From an uncultured Gammaproteobacteria bacterium (GTDB taxonomy: Bacteria > Pseudomonadota > Gammaproteobacteria > Steroidobacterales > Steroidobacteraceae), in contig CAVYUK010000004.1 in the NCBI GenBank assembly GCA_963771665.1, positions 63,971 to 127,970 on the forward strand: DNA of 64,000 bases. Direction: 5' to 3'. Each line of letters starts with the position of its first letter. Within the stretch, counting starts at the first letter, position 1. The position numbers and the translations under genes were made by a program. Positions 54,340-63,952 of the stretch are shown piece by piece. The notes under the pieces were generated by a model. That model worked only from the letters and a program-made list of their open reading frames with translations, ran no database searches and was not told the DNA's origin.

Positions 54340-55215
54340 TTAGTGGTGCTTTTCGTTGGCAGCCAGGTCGTTGATCAATTGAAATAAATTCGCTTCGCCA
54401 CCGGCCATCTGCATGTCGGTTTCGTACTTGCCTGCAATCACGAAGGTGGGCACCGCATCGATACGATATCGCCGCACGAGGTCGTCGGCGCGGGCGAGTG
54501 CGGTCTGCACGCCGAAATCGGTGTAGGCCTTGGTGAAATCCGCTTCGCTGATGCCATTGTCCTTGGCGAACTGCAGCTGCTCGCGCTGAGTCTGCAACGG
54601 ATCGCCGGGCGCATACAACGGTTGATGGTTGACGTGGATTTCGGTGAACACCTTGTCGTGCAGTTCATCGCCTTTGCCGAGCCCTTTGAGGGTATAGAAC
54701 AGCCGCGCGTGCGCGCGATGCACCTCGGACCAGGTCACCGGGACGCGGCCGAATTCGATAGAGGCCGGTTTGTTCTTGAGCCAGGCGCCGATGCGGGGCT
54801 CGAGCGCAAAGCAGTGTGGGCAGCCGTACCAGAAGAATTCGATGACTTCGACTTTGCCGGGCGCCACGCTGGTGGGCTGCGAGGGCGAGACCACCTTGTA
54901 GTTGGTGCCCGCGGTCCATTTGCCACCCGGGAGCTGCCCTTCCGCGGGCAGCGCGGCGATGCGCTCGAGCTGCGTTTCGCCGCTATCGGCAGTAGCGGCA
55001 ACGTCCGCGCCTTCCTGCTGCGTGGCGGCCGCGGCAGCCAGATCGCCATCGCCTTTGGGCGTGGTCGAGGCCGCTGCCGAGGCTGGGGCTGGCGTCGCAG
55101 AGGCCGCGGCGCCCGGTTTGGCACTGGGCGCAGCCGCCGGTGCCACCGGCGTCTCACGAGCGCAGGCCGAGAGGCTTGCGATGAGGAATAACAGCGCTAG
55201 GGAGTGTTTGATCAC
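54340..55215 (-). CDS. dsbA: DsbA-family thiol:disulfide oxidoreductase, lipoprotein form with Ala/Pro-rich linker
   Basis: ORF 54340..55248. GTG 55215 gives a lipoprotein leader (M)[17 protein letters not shown]. Active site [10 protein letters not shown]. Confidence 0.88.
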   Translation of the reverse strand: MIKHSLALLFLIASLSACARETPVAPAAAPSAKPGAAASATPAPASAAASTTPKGDGDLAAAAATQQEGADVAATADSGETQLERIAALPAEGQLPGGKWTAGTNYKVVSPSQPTSVAPGKVEVIEFFWYGCPHCFALEPRIGAWLKNKPASIEFGRVPVTWSEVHRAHARLFYTLKGLGKGDELHDKVFTEIHVNHQPLYAPGDPLQTQREQLQFAKDNGISEADFTKAYTDFGVQTALARADDLVRRYRIDAVPTFVIAGKYETDMQMAGGEANLFQLINDLAANEKHH

Positions 55216-55228
55216 GCCAGCGAAGCTT

Positions 55229-55927
55229 TCAACGCAGGCCCTGAACATAGGATCCCAGGTTGCGCATGTCTTCGGGCGTCAGGCGTTGCGCGATCGTCGT
55301 CATGATCGCGGAGTTGGCGCCACCGGCAGTTTCGCCCTTGTCGTTGAGCGAATAGCGCTTGCCGCCGGCGTAGTCGGTCAGTTCCTTGACCACGTACTGT
55401 GAGTGCTGCGCGCGCAGTGCGGGGTAGGCGGCGGCCGGGTTGCCATGACCCGAGGGGCCGTGACAGGCCATGCAGGCAGGAATGCCGCGCGCGGGGTCGC
55501 CGCCGCGGTAAAGCTTCTGGCCCGCCTGCCAGTACGAGGGATCGGCCTCGAGCCCGGTCAATGTCTGGGTCGAGAAGTACGCGGCGACATCCTGCATGCC
55601 CTGATCGTCCAGGGTCTGGGCCATGCCCATCATGACGCCGCCGCTGTTGATGCGCGTGTTGGCCTTGAACTGCTTGAGCTGGCCGACGATGTAGGCCGCG
55701 TTCTGGCTGGCAAGGTTCGGCCAGAGAGGGTTGGCGCTGTTGCCGGCCGGTCCGTGACAGGCGATACAGGTGGCGGCCTTGGCGGCGCCGGCGGCGGCGC
55801 CGGTATCGGCGGCGGATGCAGTGGCCGCCGGTTCGGCAGCCTGAGCTACTTGGGCTACCTGAGCTAATGGTGCGGTGCCAACTGCCAGCAGCAGCCAAAC
55901 CCAGCGCGTCATCGAGATCATGGGCAA
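55229..55927 (-). CDS. dihaem cytochrome c4
   Basis: Signal peptide and two CxxCH motifs (CIACHGP, CMACHGP), each followed by a distal Met region. Confidence 0.9.
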   Translation of the reverse strand: MPMISMTRWVWLLLAVGTAPLAQVAQVAQAAEPAATASAADTGAAAGAAKAATCIACHGPAGNSANPLWPNLASQNAAYIVGQLKQFKANTRINSGGVMMGMAQTLDDQGMQDVAAYFSTQTLTGLEADPSYWQAGQKLYRGGDPARGIPACMACHGPSGHGNPAAAYPALRAQHSQYVVKELTDYAGGKRYSLNDKGETAGGANSAIMTTIAQRLTPEDMRNLGSYVQGLR

Positions 55928-56013
55928 TCAACTCCGATTGATTGACGAAATTTCTTTGCAGAGCAAAGGGATCCGAGAATTGTACACTAGGACCCGTTTC
56001 GAGAATTTCCCGC

Positions 56014-56613
56014 GTGAGCCTCTACCCCAACGCCCATTTCATGATCAGTGCGGCGGCACCGGCCCAGTTCCCCGCCGATACCGGCGCTGAAGTGGCCATC
56101 GCCGGGCGTTCGAACGCCGGCAAGTCGAGCGCCATCAATGCGATGTTGCAGCGGAATAGCCTGGCACGCACCAGCAAGACCCCGGGCCGTACGCGGCTGC
56201 TGAATTTCTTCGAGCTGTTCCCGCAGGCGCGACTGATCGATCTGCCGGGTTACGGCTACGCCAGCGGCGCGCGGGAGGAGCGGGCCGGTTGGAAGCCCCT
56301 GATCGAAGCGCTCGCGCCGCGGCAGTCATTGCGGGGATTGCTGGTGGTGGTCGACGCGCGTCGCGGCATACTCGAAGGCGATGAGCAGCTTTTGAGCTGG
56401 GCCCAGGCGATCGATCGCCCCGTGCACGTGCTGTTCTCCAAATCCGATCAGCTGTCGCGATCCGCGAGCGCGAAACTGCTGAAAGAGTCGGCGCCGGTGC
56501 TATCGGGCCGGGGCACGGCGCAACTGTTCTCGGCGCACAAGAAGGTGGGACTGGATGAGGCCCGGGCGCGGCTGGATGGCTGGCTGGCGTCGGCGCCGGC
56601 GGCTGGAGCCTAG
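56014..56613 (+). CDS. engB: ribosome-biogenesis GTPase EngB/YihA
   Basis: ORF 55942..56613 (TTG). Alignment logic to EngB N-termini favours GTG 56014. G1 GRSNAGKSS, G3 DLPGYG, G4 SKSD. Confidence 0.88.
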   Translation: MSLYPNAHFMISAAAPAQFPADTGAEVAIAGRSNAGKSSAINAMLQRNSLARTSKTPGRTRLLNFFELFPQARLIDLPGYGYASGAREERAGWKPLIEALAPRQSLRGLLVVVDARRGILEGDEQLLSWAQAIDRPVHVLFSKSDQLSRSASAKLLKESAPVLSGRGTAQLFSAHKKVGLDEARARLDGWLASAPAAGA

Positions 56614-56625
56614 GCCAGAATTAGG

Positions 56626-58248
56626 CTAGGCGGGTACCGGGGTGCTGCGCGCGCCTTCCACGATCTTCCCGGCAACCCTGGCATTCCCGGCGATGCCGCG
56701 AATCAGATCGGCAGCCTTTTCGCCGATCATGATGGTCGGCGCGTTGGTGTTCGAGGAGACGAGGCTCGGCATCACCGACGCATCGCAGACCCGCAGGCGT
56801 TCAATGCCGCGCAATCGCAACTGCGGATCGACCACCGCGTCGTCGTCACTGCCCATGCGGCAGGTGCCCACCGGGTGAAAACCGGTTTGCACGGTGTTGC
56901 GGATGTACTCGCGATACTGCTCTTTGGTTTCAACTGCCTTGCCCGGCGCGAACTCACGTGACAGGTAAGGGGCAAGGGCCGCCTTGGACATGATCGATTG
57001 GCACAGTTGCAGGCCCTCGATGGTGCGGTCCATGTCGTAGGGCTCGGCAAAATAGTTGGCATCGATGATGGGTGCAACGCCCGGATCCGCGCTTTGCAGC
57101 TTGATGCTGCCGCGCGAACGCGGTCGCAGGTGATAGGTGTTCACAGAGCAGCCGCTGCGATACGGCACCGAAGCGCCCGCGGGGATGAAATGCAGCTGCA
57201 GGTCCGGCTGACCTTCAACCCGGTCCGACCACCAGAACGCGCCGCCGTCGGCGAAGTTGTGAATCAGGGGGCCCTTGCGAAACAGCACATATTCGGCGGC
57301 CGCCATCATCGCCCAGTGAGGGCGTTTGTACTTGTCGAGCGAGTGCACACCGTTGAGCTCGTAGAGCGCATCGACGCGGGCGTGATCCTGGAGATTCGCG
57401 CCGACTCCCGGCGAATCGAGTGTTACGGGAATGTTGAACTGCCGCAGGTGCTCGGCGTTGCCAATGCCTGAGAGCATCAGCAACTTTGGCGAACCGACGG
57501 CGCCCGCCGCGAGGATGACTTCGCGATCGGCATGGGCGCGAACCACGCGTCCTTTGTGCAGATAGTCGACGCCGATCGCGCGTCCATTCTCGATGACGAT
57601 CTTCTGTACATCGATGCCAGTGAGGATCTGCAGATTCTTGCGGCCCTTGGCCATGCGCAGATACGCCACCGCGGTGCTCGAGCGGCGATGGTTGCGAATC
57701 GTCGCCTGATAAATGCCGCAGCCCTGTTGCACAGCGCCGTTGAAATCCGGATTGAAAGGCAGTCCAGCCTGCTGCGCGGCACGCACAAATGCCATCGAGA
57801 GCGGATGCGGCGTGACGTCGGAGACCCCGATGGGCCCGTCATTGCCATGAAACTCGTTGGCAAAAGTCTTGTTGTCCTCGCACCGGCGAAAATACGGCAA
57901 CACTTCCTTATATGACCAGCCGGTGCAGCCGTGTTCGTTTGCCCAGCCGTCGTAATCGCCCGCGGTGCCGCGACAGAAGATCATGGCATTGATTGATGAT
58001 CCGCCACCGAGTACGCGTGCGACGGGCAGATCGATCGAGCGCTGGTTGGCTGACTTCATGCCTGCCGTGCGGTAGTGCCACGTCAGGGCGCCGTTGAGGC
58101 CGGTGAAGCCCGCGGGCATGTGGATCAGCGGATTGATATCGCGCGGCCCCGCTTCCAGCAGCAACACTGAACACTCGGGACTTGCAGACAACCGCGCCGC
58201 CAGCACACAGCCGGCTGAGCCGCCACCCACGACGATATAATCTGCCAA
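56626..58248 (-). CDS. GMC family FAD oxidoreductase (choline-dehydrogenase-like)
   Basis: TTG start 5 nt after AAGGGAG. ADYIVVGGGSAGCVLAARLS. C-terminal HPVGTCRMG. Confidence 0.9.
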   Translation of the reverse strand: MADYIVVGGGSAGCVLAARLSASPECSVLLLEAGPRDINPLIHMPAGFTGLNGALTWHYRTAGMKSANQRSIDLPVARVLGGGSSINAMIFCRGTAGDYDGWANEHGCTGWSYKEVLPYFRRCEDNKTFANEFHGNDGPIGVSDVTPHPLSMAFVRAAQQAGLPFNPDFNGAVQQGCGIYQATIRNHRRSSTAVAYLRMAKGRKNLQILTGIDVQKIVIENGRAIGVDYLHKGRVVRAHADREVILAAGAVGSPKLLMLSGIGNAEHLRQFNIPVTLDSPGVGANLQDHARVDALYELNGVHSLDKYKRPHWAMMAAAEYVLFRKGPLIHNFADGGAFWWSDRVEGQPDLQLHFIPAGASVPYRSGCSVNTYHLRPRSRGSIKLQSADPGVAPIIDANYFAEPYDMDRTIEGLQLCQSIMSKAALAPYLSREFAPGKAVETKEQYREYIRNTVQTGFHPVGTCRMGSDDDAVVDPQLRLRGIERLRVCDASVMPSLVSSNTNAPTIMIGEKAADLIRGIAGNARVAGKIVEGARSTPVPA

Positions 58249-58429
58249 CGAAACTCCCTTATGTATTCTTGCGACTGCGCGAACCCTTGGTCACTTGGAT
58301 GTGTTCGGAAGCAGGGATCCCCACCATTTAATCGGCTTTCCTGTCGCATCACAACCACCGCGAAAATGCCAGCCGAGGCCGGCGCTTCGTTATGTAACGT
58401 TGAGCCCGCGGGTAATTGATTGACAGAAC

Positions 58430-58476
58430 GAACAAAAAGAAAGCCCCGGCAGTACTGGGGAGTAGCTACCGGGGCC
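58430..58476 (-). terminator. candidate Rho-independent terminator
   Basis: The minus strand reads GGCCCCGG-(19 nt)-CCGGGGC followed by TTTCTTTTTGTTC. It lies about 200 nt downstream of the beta-barrel gene stop. The loop is rather long. Confidence 0.45.
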
Positions 58477-58675
58477 TAGTCCAAGCACGGCGCGGGTCTC
58501 TACGCACCGGGCTCAACCCGCCTAGGGAGGGAAGCGGGGAGTGCATCGCACTCGTTAAGTAAGAGCGCGCCTGGGCGGCTTTAGTTCACAGGCGTTTTGT
58601 GAATTATCGTTAATTTAGACTAGCTGATTCAAAGGCTTGGAAGCCGGACCGTGGCCTTGAGCTGTCGCCCCGGCG

Positions 58676-59224
58676 CTACAGAAACGTCCAGACCACGCCG
58701 ACCGAGGCCATCCCCATGTCGTTGGAGTGCGAAACCTCGTAGCGCTCGTATTCCACGCGGGCGCCGAGGTGGCCCCAGTTGGTTCCGACACCGGCGCCGT
58801 AGGCCACATTGGCGCCGGTGCGGTGGAAACCAAAGCCCGGCGATTGCGCGTCGGTGCGCCATTCGGCCAGTCCGACCTTGCCGTAGACGTCCAGCAGCGG
58901 GATCGGCAGAAATGCCAGCGCGAAGGCACCCACCGCATTGGTGTCGGCGTAGTTGATGCCATTGAATGCACGGCCAAAATCGATGTAGCTGACCTCGGCC
59001 GCCAGCAGATCGATGGGGCGGAAGCCGAGTGCGAATTTGTAGCCGGTCTGGTCGCCATGGGCATCGAAGGTCTGCGAATCGTAATTCTGCTGCGCGGCGC
59101 CCAACGCGCCGCTCAGATAGAAGCCGTCGTCGTCCGCCCAGAGGGGTGCAACCGCGGCGCTGCCGAGCAACCCGCCGGCGACTACCACGGCAAAACGTAC
59201 AACGGCAGGACGGGATGAATCCAT
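58676..59224 (-). CDS. small outer-membrane beta-barrel protein (OmpA-N/OmpX-like porin family)
   Basis: Signal peptide (FAVVVAGGLLGSAAVAPLWA), alternating beta-strand pattern, aromatic C-terminus VGVVWTFL. Confidence 0.7.
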   Translation of the reverse strand: MDSSRPAVVRFAVVVAGGLLGSAAVAPLWADDDGFYLSGALGAAQQNYDSQTFDAHGDQTGYKFALGFRPIDLLAAEVSYIDFGRAFNGINYADTNAVGAFALAFLPIPLLDVYGKVGLAEWRTDAQSPGFGFHRTGANVAYGAGVGTNWGHLGARVEYERYEVSHSNDMGMASVGVVWTFL

Positions 59225-59319
59225 GGGACCTTCCGCGAGTGAGTGCCAGCGCGCGGGGCTGGCGGTGCACTAATGACTCGCGTGGACGGGCAAGGGTTCC
59301 CGCCGGCTCAGTGCGTCGC

Positions 59320-62121
59320 TCAGTGCGCCTCGTCCCAGTTCAGGCCGCTGCCGACCTCGACCTTGAGCGGCACGGCAAGCTCGGCGGCTTCGCTCATGTG
59401 CGAGCGCAGCGCGGCGCTGGCCTGCTCGACGCCGTCTTCGCGTACCTCGAGAACGAGCTCATCGTGCACCTGCATGATCAGCCGCGCCGGCACTGCTGAG
59501 TTCTGGCACCAGGCATCGACACTGATCATGGCGCGTTTGATGATGTCGGCAGCGGTGCCTTGCATCGGCGCATTGATCGCGCTGCGCTCCGCATATTGCT
59601 GCATGTTGCGATTGCGCGAGTTGATCTCGGGCAGATAAAGACGGCGGCCGAACACGGTCTCGACGTAGCCTTCGCGGCGCGCCTGCTCGCGGGTGGCCTC
59701 CATGTAGCGGCGCACGCCGGGATAGCGCGCGAAATAAAGATCGACGTAGGTCTGCGCGGCGCCGCGCGCGATGCCGAGCTGGCGCGCCAGGCCGAAGGCC
59801 GACATGCCGTAGATGAGTCCGAAGTTGATGGCCTTGGCGGAGCGGCGCTGATCGCCTGAGACCGCATCGAGTGCCACGCCGAAAACCTCGGCTGCCGTGG
59901 CCTGGTGAATGTCGCGATCCTCGGCAAAGGCACGCAGCAGTCCTTCATCACCGGAGAGGTGCGCCATGATCCGCAGCTCGATCTGCGAGTAGTCGGCCGC
60001 CAGCAGCACGAAGCCCGGGTCAGCGATGAAGGCCTGGCGGATGCGCCGGCCCTCGGGACTGCGGATCGGGATGTTCTGCAGATTGGGGTCGTTCGAGGAC
60101 AGGCGGCCGGTGGCCGCGACGGCCTGGTGATAGCTCGTGTGCACACGGCCGGTGTTCTCATCGATGCTGCCGGGCAGCTTCTCGGTGTAGGTGGAGCGCA
60201 GTTTGGCGAGGCCGCGGTATTCGAGGATCATTCGCGGCAGCGGATGATTCTCGGCCAGCTCCTCGAGCACATCTTCCGCGGTCGAGGGCGTACCCGACGG
60301 GCTCTTGCGCAATACCGGCAGCTGCAGTTTCTCGAACAGGATCTGCTGCAGCTGCTTGGGCGATTCGAGATTGAATACGGTGCCGGCTTCCGCATGCACC
60401 AGCGCCTTGATCTCTTCCATGCGGGCAGCGAGTTCGCCGCTCTGGATGCGCAGCATCTCGCGATCGATGCGCACGCCGCGGCGTTCCATGTGCTGCAGGA
60501 TGGGAACCAGCGGCTGTTCGATGTCGGTGTAGAGCGCCGCGAGCTTAGGATGGCGCTCGAGCCGCGGCCACAGCGTACGGTGCAGCCGCAATGTTACATC
60601 GGCGTCCTCGGCGGAATATTCGGCGGCGCGCTCGATGCTGACCTGGTTGAAACCGATCTGCTTGGCGCCCTTGCCGGCCACATCCTCGAAATGAATGGTG
60701 TTGATGCCAAGGTAGTGCTTTGCCATCGAGTCCATGTCATGGCGCGTGGCGGTGCTGTTGAGAACGTACGACTCGAGCATGGTGTCGTAGCGCTGGCCGC
60801 GCAGCGTGATGCCGTAGTTCTCGAGCACGTGGATATCGAATTTCAGGTGCTGGCCGAGCTTGGCGCGATCAGGATCCTCGAGCAGCGGCTTGAGCTGTTC
60901 GAGCACGCGCGCACGATCGAGCTGCGGCGGCGCGCCGGCATAGTCGTGTCCCAGCGGCACGTAGGCGGCAACGCCAGGCTCGATGCAGAAGGACAGGCCG
61001 ACGATCTGCGTGTTCATGTAGTCGAGACTGCTGGTCTCGGTGTCGAACGCGAAAACTTCCGCATTGCTCAGTGCCTGGCACCAGCGGTCGAGGCTTTCCT
61101 GATCGAGGATGGTTTCGTATTGCCGTGGGATGGCCGCAAGGGCTGCGGCCTCCGGATCCTCCGGCACCGCCAGGGTCACTTCCACCGCCACCGCGACTGT
61201 GGCGGCATCGCCGCCCGCGGTGCCTTCCGACACCGTGGTCGTGATGCTGGTGGCGGAGCTCGCGGCTTCGAGCTGCGCCAGCAGTGTGCGCAGCTCGAGT
61301 GAGGCATAAAGGGCGCGCAATTGCGCGGTATCGGGTGCGCGGCGAATGAGGCCGGCAGTGTCCAGCGGCAGTTCCAGGTCGGTGCGGATGGTGGCGAGCT
61401 GGCGCGACAGCGCCAGCATGGTCAGGCCCGCGCGCAGGTTCTCCCCCACCTTGCCGGTGATCTCGGCGGCGTGTTCGAGCAGCCCGTCGATGGTGCCGTA
61501 GGCATTGAGCCACTTGGCGGCGGTCTTGGGACCCACCTTGTCGATGCCGGGGATGTTGTCGGAGCTGTCGCCGACGAGAGCGAGGTAATCGATGATCTGC
61601 TCGGGGAAGACCTCGAACTTTGTCTTGACGCCGGCGCGGTCGAGCACCGTGCCGCTCATGGTGTTGATCAGCGTGATGTGCTCGTTGACCAGCTGTGCCA
61701 TGTCCTTGTCGCCGGTCGAGATCAGAACCGTCTGGCCGGCGGCGGCGGCGCGGCAGGCCAGCGTGCCGATCACATCGTCGGCCTCGACACCATCGACGCG
61801 CAGCACTGGCATGCCCAGCGCCTCGACTGCCGCCAGCAGCGGCTCGGTCTGCGAGCGCAGATCGTCGGGCATGGGCGGCCGTTGCGCCTTGTATTCGGCA
61901 AACAGCTCATCGCGGAAGGTCTTGCCGGGCGCATCGAACACCACGCCGATGTGCGGTGGCGTGAATTCACGCAGGAACTTCGACAGCATGTTGAGCACGC
62001 CGTAGATGGCGCCCGTGGGCACGCCCCTGGAGTTGGTCAGCGGCGGCAGCGCGAAGAAGGCCCTGTATAGATAGGACGAGCCATCGATCAGCACCAGGTC
62101 TGGACGTTCGGGCAGGGGCAT
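59320..62121 (-). CDS. polA: DNA polymerase I
   Basis: 5'-nuclease N-domain, 3'-5' exonuclease FAFDTETSSL, and polymerase motifs DYSQIELRIMAHLS, RRSAKAINFGLIYG and QVHDELV. Confidence 0.98.
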   Translation of the reverse strand: MPLPERPDLVLIDGSSYLYRAFFALPPLTNSRGVPTGAIYGVLNMLSKFLREFTPPHIGVVFDAPGKTFRDELFAEYKAQRPPMPDDLRSQTEPLLAAVEALGMPVLRVDGVEADDVIGTLACRAAAAGQTVLISTGDKDMAQLVNEHITLINTMSGTVLDRAGVKTKFEVFPEQIIDYLALVGDSSDNIPGIDKVGPKTAAKWLNAYGTIDGLLEHAAEITGKVGENLRAGLTMLALSRQLATIRTDLELPLDTAGLIRRAPDTAQLRALYASLELRTLLAQLEAASSATSITTTVSEGTAGGDAATVAVAVEVTLAVPEDPEAAALAAIPRQYETILDQESLDRWCQALSNAEVFAFDTETSSLDYMNTQIVGLSFCIEPGVAAYVPLGHDYAGAPPQLDRARVLEQLKPLLEDPDRAKLGQHLKFDIHVLENYGITLRGQRYDTMLESYVLNSTATRHDMDSMAKHYLGINTIHFEDVAGKGAKQIGFNQVSIERAAEYSAEDADVTLRLHRTLWPRLERHPKLAALYTDIEQPLVPILQHMERRGVRIDREMLRIQSGELAARMEEIKALVHAEAGTVFNLESPKQLQQILFEKLQLPVLRKSPSGTPSTAEDVLEELAENHPLPRMILEYRGLAKLRSTYTEKLPGSIDENTGRVHTSYHQAVAATGRLSSNDPNLQNIPIRSPEGRRIRQAFIADPGFVLLAADYSQIELRIMAHLSGDEGLLRAFAEDRDIHQATAAEVFGVALDAVSGDQRRSAKAINFGLIYGMSAFGLARQLGIARGAAQTYVDLYFARYPGVRRYMEATREQARREGYVETVFGRRLYLPEINSRNRNMQQYAERSAINAPMQGTAADIIKRAMISVDAWCQNSAVPARLIMQVHDELVLEVREDGVEQASAALRSHMSEAAELAVPLKVEVGSGLNWDEAH

Positions 62122-62137
62122 GGTGCGGCCGCAACGC

Positions 62138-62323
62138 TTACGCGGGCGGTGTGGTGTCGCTGGTCGGTGGGGAAGTGTCGGGCGTCGGGTTCGAGGGCGT
62201 CGCAGGCACGCGGCTTTTCTTCTGCTGCGGCAGGTAGAGCGGTCCCTTCAGACCGCAGCCGCCCAGGGCGATGCAAAGCGCCAGCGCGCCGACTGCAATC
62301 ACGCCGCTCCTGCAGCGGCTCAT
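62138..62323 (-). CDS. lptM: LPS-assembly lipoprotein LptM (YifL-like)
   Basis: 61 aa. Lipobox plus signature LGGCGLKGPLYLP, as in E. coli YifL (TGCGLKGPLYFP). Pro/Thr-rich tail. Confidence 0.75.
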   Translation of the reverse strand: MSRCRSGVIAVGALALCIALGGCGLKGPLYLPQQKKSRVPATPSNPTPDTSPPTSDTTPPA

Positions 62324-62757
62324 ACCGGTGCCAGCGGCATCGGACGGCCCTCGCGCAGCGCCAGCCAGCCGCGCGCGACGCGATAGATGATCCAGGCGCC
62401 GATCAGGGCATAGCCGACGATCGCGATCACGAAGCCGACCAGCAGAATCAACAGCGCCGCCGCGACCACCGAGACCACGAGAATCCAGAGCCAGGAAAAC
62501 CAGAAGGTGCGGATCTGCCAGCGGAAGTGACTCTCCAGCCAGGTGCCGTGTGTCTCGGAACGCCGGGCGTAATTCATGATGACCGCGATGATCGAAGGCA
62601 GCCCAAACGCGAAGCGCGTGGCCACGCTGCGTGCGGACAGCAGCCCGATGAGCACGGACAGTGCATGCAGGCCGTAGATCCAGTGCGTGTACTCGAGGAG
62701 ACCTTTACTGATCGCTCCGCCGTTGCTGCCAGCTGCCGCGACCGGTTCCGAGTCCAT
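62320..62757 (-). CDS. conserved inner-membrane protein, family not recognised
   Basis: ORF 62320..62859. Starting at MDSEP (62757) avoids overlap with argH. 3-4 TM helices. Overlaps the lptM start by 4 nt. Confidence 0.55.
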   Translation of the reverse strand: MDSEPVAAAGSNGGAISKGLLEYTHWIYGLHALSVLIGLLSARSVATRFAFGLPSIIAVIMNYARRSETHGTWLESHFRWQIRTFWFSWLWILVVSVVAAALLILLVGFVIAIVGYALIGAWIIYRVARGWLALREGRPMPLAPV

Positions 62758-62761
62758 GTGC

Positions 62762-63952
62762 CTAATCCTTGCGCGTGTAGCGCGCCGCGACCCGCCCGTA
62801 GGCCTCGCGAAATGGTATGCCCTGTTCGACCACGAGTGCATAGGCCTCTTCGGCGGCATGAACTGCCGGGTCGAGGCGGATGCGCTCGGGCCGGAATTTT
62901 AGCGCATCGAGCGCCGCGGCCACGATATCCAGTGTCTGCTGGGCCGTATCGATGCCGCGGAACAGCGGGAATTTGAGCAATTGCAGGTCACGCTGGTAGC
63001 CGGAGGGCAGCTTGGCGCAGATCGCCAGCGCTTCGGTCAACGAAGCCAGTGCTGTGGCGCTGCGGCCGCGCACCAGCTCGAACACGTCGGGGTTGCGCTT
63101 CTGCGGCATGATCGAGGAGCCGGTGGTGAAGGCATCGGCCAGTTCGATGAAGGCGAACTCCTGTGTATAGAAGAGCAGCAGGTCCGCCGCCATGCGGCTC
63201 AAGTCGCCCATGAGGAGAGAGAGCTCGAAGAGCAGGTGGGATTCCGCCTTGCCGCGTGAGAGCTGCACGGCGGTCACGGGTTCCTGGACGCTCTCGAAAC
63301 CCAGCGCACTGGCAGTGGCGGCGCGATCCAGCGGCAGCCCCGGCGTACCGTAGCCAGCCGCCGAGCCCAGCGGGCTTTTCCCAATGCGCCGGCGCACGCC
63401 TTCGAGCCCCGCGATGTCATCGGCCAGTTCCGAGGCATAGCCGCTGGCCCACAACACCACCGAACTGGGCATGGCCTGCTGCATGTGGGTGTAGCCGGGC
63501 AACGGCGTCTGCGATTCGCGCTGAGCCAGTCTCTCGATGGCGCCGACAAGCAAGCGTGTGGATTCCTGCAGCGCGCCGACCGCGTCGCGCAGATAGAGTC
63601 GCAGCGCGGTCAGCACCTGGTCGTTGCGCGAGCGGCCGAGATGAATGCGGCCGCCGGCCGCACCGATGCGCTCGGTGAGGCGGTGCTCGAGCGCGCTCTG
63701 CCCGTCCTCTTCGGCGAGCGTGATGTGCCAGAGGCCGCGCTCGTGTTCATCGCCGAGCGCTGTGAGCCCGGCGCGAATCTGTTCCAGGTCGGCAGCCGAC
63801 AGCAGGCCCTGCTGCTTAAGCATCTGCGCATGCGCGATCGAGGCGCGCACGTCGTAGCGCACCAGGCGCTCATCGAGGGCGTAGTCCTCGCCGGCCGTGT
63901 AGCGCAGCACGCGCTCATCGAGCGGTGCGCCTTTGTCCCAGAGGCGTGTCAT
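62762..63952 (-). CDS. argH: argininosuccinate lyase (short form)
   Basis: HLGRSRNDQV and the fumarate-lyase signature GSSIMPQKRNPD. 396 aa. Confidence 0.9.
   Translation of the reverse strand: MTRLWDKGAPLDERVLRYTAGEDYALDERLVRYDVRASIAHAQMLKQQGLLSAADLEQIRAGLTALGDEHERGLWHITLAEEDGQSALEHRLTERIGAAGGRIHLGRSRNDQVLTALRLYLRDAVGALQESTRLLVGAIERLAQRESQTPLPGYTHMQQAMPSSVVLWASGYASELADDIAGLEGVRRRIGKSPLGSAAGYGTPGLPLDRAATASALGFESVQEPVTAVQLSRGKAESHLLFELSLLMGDLSRMAADLLLFYTQEFAFIELADAFTTGSSIMPQKRNPDVFELVRGRSATALASLTEALAICAKLPSGYQRDLQLLKFPLFRGIDTAQQTLDIVAAALDALKFRPERIRLDPAVHAAEEAYALVVEQGIPFREAYGRVAARYTRKD

Noticed and set aside
59905-61302. 465-aa plus-strand ORF (and 61321..62070) inside polA
   Set aside because: It is antisense to DNA polymerase I, whose motifs are unambiguous. 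This is a high-GC artefact.
62149-62976. 275-aa plus-strand ORF across lptM, the membrane protein gene and the argH 3' end
   Set aside because: It is antisense to three minus-strand genes and has no motifs.
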